From assembly GCA_045545295.1 (NCBI GenBank), contig JAZQAO010000004.1, positions 27,105 to 91,104 of the forward strand: a DNA stretch of 64,000 bases. Direction: 5' to 3'. Origin of the DNA: Clostridia bacterium (GTDB lineage Bacteria > Bacillota > Clostridia > UMGS1883). Within the stretch, counting starts at the first letter, position 1. Each line of letters starts with the position of its first letter. Shown in pieces: positions 39,624 to 46,293 of the stretch. Both the position numbers and the translations under genes were made by a program. Under the pieces are notes generated by a model that saw only the letters and a list, made by a program, of their open reading frames with translations, ran no database searches and was not told the origin of the DNA.

Positions 39624-40727
39624 TTATTTTGAGAAAAATGATGCTTTTGCCAATGATTTCAGTTCTCCCATATTAAGGAAGAATACTTTTACATAATCTC
39701 CGCTTGCAAGAGCTTCATTTATATCAAGCCACGCAGTATTGTTGCTGAATTCTTCACCGGTAAATGCATACAATACTGCATTAATCAATTTACCGCTGCT
39801 GTCATAGCGCGCAACGATAACTGTGCCTTCACCGTCTGCCTGTGCATCCTTTTCAATTCTTACATTCTTTAAAGTGTTGCCTGCTAAAAGAATAGCACCG
39901 GCTTCATTTGTATATGTAGCACCGTTTGCAATGTAGTTTTCGTCAATGTATCGTACTTTTTCAAGCTTGAGATTGTCTATATACAAATTTTGTCCGATAA
40001 GCTTACCGTCGTTCATACCCCAAAGTCTTATTTCTTTAAAATCTGCAGTCTGATTAACTGTCTGCGTTGTGCCTACTTGTGTTCCGTTAACAAAAAGAGA
40101 AATTTCATTTTTTGTATAATCAAGCAAGAATTCTATTTTATTCCATTCATTTGTTTTGAAAAGTGCTTTTTCATCACTTGTAAATGTATATTCCGTTCCG
40201 TTCATAGGTTTCCATGCAGAAATTGTAAGTAAATCTGCAAAATATTTTGCACTGAAACGGAATCCGTTAGCAGCATTTGAGTAAAGAAGGTCAAGAGAAA
40301 ATCTTACTCTCAAATCTGCTTTTGACTGTGTTCCGAAATTTTTGTAAATAGACGGAATTGAGGTTGAACTAACATATCTTCTGAGGTCAAGGTAAGTAGT
40401 TGTATTTTCTTTGCGGGAACCAACGTCTGTTCTCTGCGCTACATGGTAGATTGAAGGAGTTATGTTCTGCTCGTCACCTGCCGATGCTGTAAGCCTCCAG
40501 CCATTATAGCCTTCAAAATTTCCTGCTGCTATGTCAGAAGCAGAAAACATTGACAAATACTTATAAGCATCTGTTGTAAACGCACCTTCAAAACCTGCCG
40601 CAGGCTCGAAGTCTTCTTCAAGTAAAACCTCGTAAGATTCAAAAACTTTTGCATTAACCGTTAATGCTGAAAATGTGCTCACCATGAGCAACGATGTAAT
40701 GAGAACTGCCGAAATAATTTTTTTCAT
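39624..40727 (-). CDS. secreted LamG-like domain protein (paralog of the N-terminal part of the previous gene)
   Basis: 367 aa with a signal peptide. EEDFE..GYNGWRL...YLDLRRY...WNKIEFLLDY..SLFVNGTQVG..LYIDNLKL. Confidence 0.7.
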   Translation of the reverse strand: MKKIISAVLITSLLMVSTFSALTVNAKVFESYEVLLEEDFEPAAGFEGAFTTDAYKYLSMFSASDIAAGNFEGYNGWRLTASAGDEQNITPSIYHVAQRTDVGSRKENTTTYLDLRRYVSSTSIPSIYKNFGTQSKADLRVRFSLDLLYSNAANGFRFSAKYFADLLTISAWKPMNGTEYTFTSDEKALFKTNEWNKIEFLLDYTKNEISLFVNGTQVGTTQTVNQTADFKEIRLWGMNDGKLIGQNLYIDNLKLEKVRYIDENYIANGATYTNEAGAILLAGNTLKNVRIEKDAQADGEGTVIVARYDSSGKLINAVLYAFTGEEFSNNTAWLDINEALASGDYVKVFFLNMGELKSLAKASFFSK

Positions 40728-40758
40728 AATTTTTTCATTTCCTTTCTTTTTTTTATAT

Positions 40759-40896
40759 ATTATAAATTTTGGTATTGTCTTTGTCTATGTTTTTACTAAT
40801 TTTGTCACTTGTGTTTATTAAAAATGTCACTCTTAACCCCTTTGCTAAGCGAAAAATCAAGAAAGGCTCTTTTGTTTTATTCCTTGATTTTGTCAC
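40759..40896 (-). promoter_or_regulatory. promoter/operator region of the 40727 minus-strand locus (TATAAT plus three GTGACA sites)
   Basis: Minus-strand TATAAT at 40759-40764. TGTCAC at 40803-40808 and 40825-40830 (76 and 98 nt from the start codon, 22-bp spacing) and 40891-40896. 17/17 identity of 40814-40830 with 6501-6517 (reverse complement). Confidence 0.65.
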
Positions 40897-41151
40897 AGAA
40901 AAACAGCCTTAAATTGTAAAATTTAATTCAAAAACCGCACAACATAATTATAATAATTATTTATAATCTTCCCCACGGAAGGATAATGTTTATATAAGCT
41001 ATATAAGCTTGGGAGAGGGAGAAAAATTTATCATCAGAGATAAATTATAGCTATAGATTACTTACTATAAATCATATTATTACATTTATAAAAATGCGTA
41101 TATAGATATACTACAGATATTACTATAAATGAATTTACAGAGGTATTTACA

Positions 41152-42231
41152 ATGACTATACATACATTTGAAACAAGTTGTCTTCTTACCGGAGACGATT
41201 ACTATCTGATACAAGATAAACTGAAAAATGCTGACCCATCCAAATGGGCAAAGGAAAAAACCGGAATGACCTACTGGGGATTTTCCGAAAAAGGAATCAT
41301 AATAAGAACTTTTATAACAAAGAATCAAAAGAAAGGCTATTATGCCTACAATATCATATATAGAATTTCAGCCCGACGAGTCATGGATAATCATGATTTT
41401 GTCGGGCTTTTTGATACAAAGAAATATGAAAAGCTTGAAGAAAAAGTAAATAAACTTCTTCATAAAAAGAGTTCACTTCTCCCCACTCTTGATGAATGCA
41501 AGATGAGAAGAATTGATTTTTGCTTTAATGCAAAGCTTGAAAGTCAGGAGCAAGTGAAGGCATATATAAAAACGATGAAACGTGCAAATATTCCGAATCA
41601 CCTTCATTTACTGGAATCGTATGATAAAAAGTCAAAAAGGACAAAACCTATGAAGGATGATTTTACAGTAACCAACAAGAATTATATAGAGGTTTCAATA
41701 TATAATAAACAAAGACAGATGATTAAAGAGCAAAAAGAGAATAACAAAATCATCTTCCCTGATTCAGAAATTAAACGAGCTGAAAATATTGTCCGTATTG
41801 AAATCCGTTGTATGGAAGGTAAAGTGAGCGAATTAAAGAAAAAATTCAAATTAAAAAGCATACGTGACTTTATGGAGTCATCACAAGAGATAGGTGATTA
41901 TTTATTCAGATACTATCTGTCAAAGATATGCAACGATGGAATAATCTGTACTCTTTCAAAAGCACTCAAAAGAATTGATATGGGAGAATATAATCCTGAG
42001 AACACCGAGCTTTTAAAGGAATTTATAAAGAACGCGAATGAGACACGTAGTGTTGCCGAAGCTATTTGTCTGTACAGAGAATTCTTAAGCAAAAAAGAAG
42101 TTAATCGTATAATCTGGATGCTCTCTAATATAGAAACCAACTATGTAACCGCTACGACAGAAGTTGTAAAATTATTTGACAACGGATATATTACTACACC
42201 ATTGGAATTGTATGAAGATTGGTGTGGTTGA
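41152..42231 (+). CDS. replication initiation factor-like protein (Rep_trans/phage CRI-like)
   Basis: 359 aa. Blocks MRRIDFCFN, IEVSIYNKQRQM and ENIVRIEIRC resemble the RxDxxxD / YdK / RxExxl blocks of Rep_trans initiators as I remember them. Not verified by search. Confidence 0.5.
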   Translation: MTIHTFETSCLLTGDDYYLIQDKLKNADPSKWAKEKTGMTYWGFSEKGIIIRTFITKNQKKGYYAYNIIYRISARRVMDNHDFVGLFDTKKYEKLEEKVNKLLHKKSSLLPTLDECKMRRIDFCFNAKLESQEQVKAYIKTMKRANIPNHLHLLESYDKKSKRTKPMKDDFTVTNKNYIEVSIYNKQRQMIKEQKENNKIIFPDSEIKRAENIVRIEIRCMEGKVSELKKKFKLKSIRDFMESSQEIGDYLFRYYLSKICNDGIICTLSKALKRIDMGEYNPENTELLKEFIKNANETRSVAEAICLYREFLSKKEVNRIIWMLSNIETNYVTATTEVVKLFDNGYITTPLELYEDWCG

Positions 42232-42412
42232 AATAAAAGTGCTTCATACCACATAATTTTCGACATGGATTTCTTGATATTTCTATAAAAAATACTTGAT
42301 TTCCGTCATTTGCCATGATACTTTTAATATCCAAGACAAATATAACTCATAAATAGACATTAAAAAAATTTTCAATGACTCTTTACAAAACTATTAAATT
42401 ATAACAAAGCTA

Positions 42413-42441
42413 TTGACAATATTACTTATAAGTAATATAAT
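42413..42441 (+). promoter_or_regulatory. consensus sigma-70-type promoter with an embedded 16-bp perfect palindrome (candidate operator)
   Basis: TTGACA (42413-42418), 17-nt spacer, TATAAT (42436-42441). The palindrome ATTACTTATAAGTAAT (42421-42436) fills the spacer and its last base is the first T of the -10. Confidence 0.75.
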
Positions 42442-42475
42442 AAAAACACTCCAATAGAAAGGATGTGAAGGTTTT

Positions 42476-42850
42476 TTGGAGATTGAGAAGGTAGACGGAT
42501 ATAAAAAAATATATCAACTTGAAGGTTTTCAAAAAGAATTTGAAAAAACAGTTTCAGAAACAAAGCCAACTGGCAGATATCATAAATGGCTGAAAAAACA
42601 ATTATTCTCTCTAGACGAATACGGGTATGACGCTCTTAAATTCGAAAACTTTGAGCCTTTATCTGATACCAATCCTAAATTATATGCTATCAGATATCCC
42701 CGTTCTAAGAAAAACCCTCGTGTAATATACATATATGTAGATGATTGCGAAGTCTATTTATTACACGCTTTTAAAGAATCAAAAACGAGCGATTATAATC
42801 AAGCGGTTAAAACAGCAGAAAAAAGGGCAAAATTGTTTGTAGGAGAATAA
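42476..42850 (+). CDS. RelE/ParE/Gp49(HigB)-like toxin
   Basis: 124 aa with a TTG start (no in-frame ATG). C-terminal LYAIRYPRSKKNPRVIYIYVDDCEVYLLHAFKESKTSDYNQAVKTAEKRAKLF fits the RelE/Gp49 addiction-toxin pattern. Confidence 0.65.
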   Translation: MEIEKVDGYKKIYQLEGFQKEFEKTVSETKPTGRYHKWLKKQLFSLDEYGYDALKFENFEPLSDTNPKLYAIRYPRSKKNPRVIYIYVDDCEVYLLHAFKESKTSDYNQAVKTAEKRAKLFVGE

Positions 42851-42888
42851 AATATATAAAGATTACCTAGAATGGAAAGGAAAATACA

Positions 42889-43275
42889 ATGAATACAAAT
42901 AAAATATCATCTAATGATTGGTTAATCAAAAATATTTCGGAAGAACAATTTCAAATTGAAAAAACTTTATCCAGTATTGCTGACAAAATTCATTTGAAGA
43001 GACTTGAATTAAATATGGATCAAAAACAATTTGCAAAATATATGCATGTTTCCCAAGGGATGGTTTCTCGTTGGGAGAGCGGTTCCTATAATTTCTCAAT
43101 ATCTACATTGGTTTCAATATGCGAAAAATTAGAATTATCTTTTAAACCAATAATTAATGATTTTGAAGCCAAAGAAGAGCATATTAAATTTATTCAACCT
43201 AATTTAAAAGGCTCTGATAATTGGAAAACTTGGAAACCTACTAAAGACAATATTATAATAGGGGGCGTTGCTTAA
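42889..43275 (+). CDS. XRE-family HTH antitoxin with a C-terminal extension
   Basis: 128 aa. HTH MDQKQFAKYMHVSQGMVSRWESGSYNFSISTLVSICEKL, followed by a ~40-aa aromatic tail (..NLKGSDNWKTWKPTKDNIIIGGVA). Confidence 0.75.
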   Translation: MNTNKISSNDWLIKNISEEQFQIEKTLSSIADKIHLKRLELNMDQKQFAKYMHVSQGMVSRWESGSYNFSISTLVSICEKLELSFKPIINDFEAKEEHIKFIQPNLKGSDNWKTWKPTKDNIIIGGVA

Positions 43276-43736
43276 TGGATCTTAATAAAGTTGTAGCAGA
43301 TTTAGAAATAGAAAAAACAACAATACATAGCATTGAAACCAAATGCGTGATGACCAAATTATCAGATTCAAACAAAAAAACATTTGGGTTGGATATAAAG
43401 TGTAGTCAACCATTAGTTAAAGAAAACAAAAAATATGGAAAGCTTCGTATGCAAATTGATATAAGCATAGATCAAAGCGAATTAGAAGGTGCTGCCGATA
43501 AATTTCAAATTGTTATAGAAGGTGTTTTTTCTTCATCACCATCTATTGAAGATGAAAAATTCATGGAATTATTGAACATAAACGGAGGCACCGCGTTGTA
43601 CTCAATTGCACGTGCAAAAATTGAAGCTATTTCCAGTTTGATATATGATGAAGGCAAAATTCTTCTTCCCATGATTAATATCATTCAATATTACAAAGAA
43701 AAATTTGAAGAAGAGAATAAACATTCAGACGGTTAA
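43275..43736 (+). CDS. SecB-like chaperone (candidate TAC chaperone)
   Basis: 153 aa, start overlaps the antitoxin stop (TAATG). Collinear by eye with E. coli SecB (155 aa), including NINGGTALYSIARAKIEAISSLIYDEGKILLPMINI vs [32 protein letters not shown]. Confidence 0.6.
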   Translation: MDLNKVVADLEIEKTTIHSIETKCVMTKLSDSNKKTFGLDIKCSQPLVKENKKYGKLRMQIDISIDQSELEGAADKFQIVIEGVFSSSPSIEDEKFMELLNINGGTALYSIARAKIEAISSLIYDEGKILLPMINIIQYYKEKFEEENKHSDG

Positions 43737-43773
43737 CCCTTCTTCATAGGTTTAAAAATAGATTCTTTATCCC

Positions 43774-43810
43774 TCCCCGCAAGCTAGATAGTTTGTGGGG
43801 ATTATTTCTT
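43774..43810 (+). terminator. rho-independent terminator of the three-gene cassette
   Basis: TCCCCGCAA / TTGTGGGGA stem (one G-U pair) followed by a T-rich run. Confidence 0.6.
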
Positions 43811-43816
43811 TCTGGG

Positions 43817-43944
43817 CTTGATTTTTACTTGACTCATAGTTGACTAGGATCCTGATAATAGGTAACAAAAGGCTTAATTATATGGATTTTTTAGTTGATT
43901 CATAGTTGATTTTATAAATAATCAAAACTTATAAAACTTGACTC
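43817..43944 (+). repeat. iteron-like direct repeats (TTGAYT core, 6 copies; CATAGTTGAYT twice)
   Basis: Cores at 43817-43823, 43828-43834, 43838-43845, 43893-43900, 43904-43911 and 43935-43944. Confidence 0.5.
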
Positions 43945-43965
43945 TTATAAAAATAATAGTATAAT
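43938..43965 (+). promoter_or_regulatory. promoter for the small acidic ORF
   Basis: TTGACT (43938-43943), 16-nt spacer, TATAAT (43960-43965). Confidence 0.6.
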
Positions 43966-44013
43966 AAATTCAAACAGATTTATTCTGGAATTGCATATTA
44001 GGAGGTGCTGTTA

Positions 44014-44139
44014 ATGCAAAAAGTTATAATTGATTCAGGGATGAGCTTATGTGTTGCCATAAATTCCGACTCGATTGAAAATAACGAAGACATTATGGAT
44101 GATGACACAATATCAGAAGAAAGCGATAACGAAGAATAG
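44014..44139 (+). CDS. 41-aa highly acidic small protein (hypothetical)
   Basis: AGGAGG sits 8 nt upstream of the ATG. MQKVIIDSGMSLCVAINSDSIENNEDIMDDDTISEESDNEE. Too short for the ORF track. Confidence 0.4.
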   Translation: MQKVIIDSGMSLCVAINSDSIENNEDIMDDDTISEESDNEE

Positions 44140-44311
44140 TTTGCCACAAATTTGCCACAACACGATATCAAAAATGGCAAAAATTACACACTTTACGGCA
44201 AAAAAATAAACAGCAAGGTATACAAAACCTACTGTTTTGGCGGTTTTAAGGCATTTTTTAACGATATAGGACACTCTCTATAGAACTCAAAGAGATAATT
44301 ATTTTATCTAC

Positions 44312-44349
44312 AAAACCCCACAACCGTGATGGTTGTGGGGTTTCTTTTT
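44312..44349. terminator. bidirectional rho-independent terminator
   Basis: CCCCACAACC / GGTTGTGGGG 10-bp stem with an A-run on the left and a T-run on the right. It lies downstream of the integrase remnant (minus) and the small ORF (plus). Confidence 0.75.
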
Positions 44350-44386
44350 ACCTCCGTGCCACGAATTTGCCACAAATTACGCTATG

Positions 44387-44628
44387 TTATACACTATGTA
44401 GAGCATTTGAAACGGTCCTTGCCACTCTTACTTTGACCTCATTATACATATGAGCATAGACCTTAGATGTCGTTTCAACACTTGCGTGTCCTAAGTGAGC
44501 AGAGACATTCTCTATATCTTCACCAGCAAACAATAATAACGAGGCGTTTGTATGTCTCAGCCCGTGAATAGTCAGATTGTGGTCAAGGTTAAGTTCTTCC
44601 TTAAACTCTATTGTTTTAATTATGCTGA
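44387..44628 (-). pseudogene. tyrosine recombinase/integrase, C-terminal fragment only
   Basis: Own translation: ..EFKEELNLDHNLTIHGLRHTNASLLLFAGEDIENVSAHLGHASVETTSKVYAHMYNEVKV..*. This carries the HxLRH, LGH and catalytic Y motifs. An in-frame stop lies just upstream and there is no N-terminal domain or start codon. Confidence 0.8.
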
Positions 44629-44700
44629 ATTATACACCACTGCTCACTATATTTATACTACCACTTTCTTTTTGAAGTTGCAATAATATTTAAGAATGTA

Positions 44701-44794
44701 AAAAAGAAGCGTACCGCTTCACCCGTGTCGCACTCTCACAGAAGTGTAAACACAGTTTCCTGCGTCTTAATTTGACGCAAATTCCTATACGGTG
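44701..44794 (-). repeat. multi-hairpin repeat family, copy A
   Basis: Minus-strand reading: CACCGTATAGGAATTTGCGTCAAATTAAGACGCAGGAAAC...GAAGCGGTACGCTTCTTTTT. About 87% identical to copy C by eye. Confidence 0.8.
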
Positions 44795-44828
44795 AAAAAG
44801 CACTGTTCGTTTGATGAAACAGTGCTTT
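44795..44828 (-). terminator. rho-independent terminator of 44839-46281
   Basis: AAAGCACTGTT / AACAGTGCTTT stem plus T5 on the minus strand. Confidence 0.8.
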
Positions 44829-44838
44829 ATTACAGTGA

Positions 44839-46281
44839 TTATTCTACTCTAGTTCTAATATTGCCAGTTACATAGTTTATATCAACTCTATAACGTGACT
44901 CTCCAGGTGTAAGTTTTTGTGTTCCTGTAAGATATATTCCTAATTCACACCAATCAGTATCATCTAGTGAATAATTATTTAGGTTTACCTGATTCCAACC
45001 AGGATTGTCAACACTATTAAAGAACAATTGTCCATTTCCACTGTTAAATGTAACTTTAATACAATGATGTTCAGATTTTAAATCAGGCAAGTAAAATTTT
45101 AATATATTTCCTTCTCTAACATAAGAGTTTTTAACATCCTCTATGACGAGCTTTGCATATTCTTCATTGATAGCTGTTTGATATATTTCTGTATTGTTAT
45201 AATCATTATGCTGTCCTGACATTACTGAATGTTGATGACTCTTTTCATATGCTTTTGTTGTATCTCCCCATTTGAGGGCTCCAAAAGTATATTGGTATCT
45301 TTCTTCAGCCTCCGGATTTACAACCTGGTCTAGCGAATAAACCCAAGGTAATGCTTTTCTTTCTGCATCAGTATAAAAATCACGTCCCCAGTTCTCCCAC
45401 CCAAAGAACTTTTGTTTTGTATAGTCTTTTGTAGCTTTGCAACACTCATTTATAAGTTTAAATATTTCTGCACGTGTTACATTTCCCATAGGTGAGATAT
45501 GACCTGCTCCGTTTCCTACCATTATACCCTTGTCCTTTAAAAGCATAATTGCTGCACCCTGTTCCATAGGTATATAACCTTGTTCAAACATTTTTTTAGC
45601 TATGCTACTATAATATGAGGCAACAACCTCATATCTACCATTAGGTGCAAAATATTCATCACTGGTCCATACGTGTTGTGAAAAGTCAGAATATTCACCC
45701 ATGGTAGAAAAGTCATTGTTTTGTACTTTGTTTATGTAATCTTCTAAACCTTTAGAGTCTATAATTTTAGCTAAAACGTAAGCTACTTCAGACCTCTTCA
45801 TTGGTGACTCCATAAACTCTACTTGCATCAGTTGACTACTATTATAAGGAAAAGCTTTAGCCATTACATTATAGTAATTGTTATACCACTTACCATCAAA
45901 ATATTTATTTATTAAACTACCACCTGACGGTATATAACCTTCAAATGCTGTAGTTATCATTTTAGCAAATTCCCCACCTGTTACAGGATTGTTAGGTCTT
46001 ATTGTTCCATCAGGATAACCCGATATTACACCTGTTGCAATAGGCATTATTGCATATTCATCCCACCAACCACTTTCAGTAGGAAAGGCTTCCTTATAAG
46101 CCTCTAGAAGTTCAGGCTTTGCTTTTTCAAATTCTTGTATTGCCTCTTCTACCTGCGAATACTGATAAAGTGTATATCCTACTGGACTTACTTCATCAGC
46201 AAAAGCAGTTAAACATCCAAAAGTCATACAAAAAATCAATAAAACGCACGATAAGTTAATAATATTCTTTTTAATTTTCAT
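44839..46281 (-). CDS. secreted protein with divergent SLH-like repeats
   Basis: 480 aa with a signal peptide (..CLTAFADE). SLH-like segments (ATGVISGYPDGTIRPNNPVTGGEFAKMI; KGIMVGNGAGHISPMGNVTRAEIFKLI). Confidence 0.6.
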   Translation of the reverse strand: MKIKKNIINLSCVLLIFCMTFGCLTAFADEVSPVGYTLYQYSQVEEAIQEFEKAKPELLEAYKEAFPTESGWWDEYAIMPIATGVISGYPDGTIRPNNPVTGGEFAKMITTAFEGYIPSGGSLINKYFDGKWYNNYYNVMAKAFPYNSSQLMQVEFMESPMKRSEVAYVLAKIIDSKGLEDYINKVQNNDFSTMGEYSDFSQHVWTSDEYFAPNGRYEVVASYYSSIAKKMFEQGYIPMEQGAAIMLLKDKGIMVGNGAGHISPMGNVTRAEIFKLINECCKATKDYTKQKFFGWENWGRDFYTDAERKALPWVYSLDQVVNPEAEERYQYTFGALKWGDTTKAYEKSHQHSVMSGQHNDYNNTEIYQTAINEEYAKLVIEDVKNSYVREGNILKFYLPDLKSEHHCIKVTFNSGNGQLFFNSVDNPGWNQVNLNNYSLDDTDWCELGIYLTGTQKLTPGESRYRVDINYVTGNIRTRVE

Positions 46282-46293
46282 AATTTACACCTT

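Larger units (their letters stand above)
40930..44640. mobile_element. decayed integrative element (Rep-like gene, TAC cassette, iteron-like repeats, integrase remnant)
   Basis: Visibly more AT-rich than the flanks, with a gene content typical of small integrative/mobilisable elements. The integrase retains only its C-terminal ~80 codons. Boundaries are approximate and no flanking att repeat was found. Confidence 0.45.

Noticed and set aside
41086-41328. 80-aa minus-strand ORF overlapping the start of the Rep-like gene.
   Set aside because: It overlaps the better-supported plus-strand gene and its upstream region, and its sequence is low-complexity with no signals.
43998-44180. 60-aa minus-strand ORF in the island.
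   Set aside because: It has no RBS or promoter and is antisense to the 41-aa plus-strand ORF, which has both a consensus-like promoter and an AGGAGG RBS.
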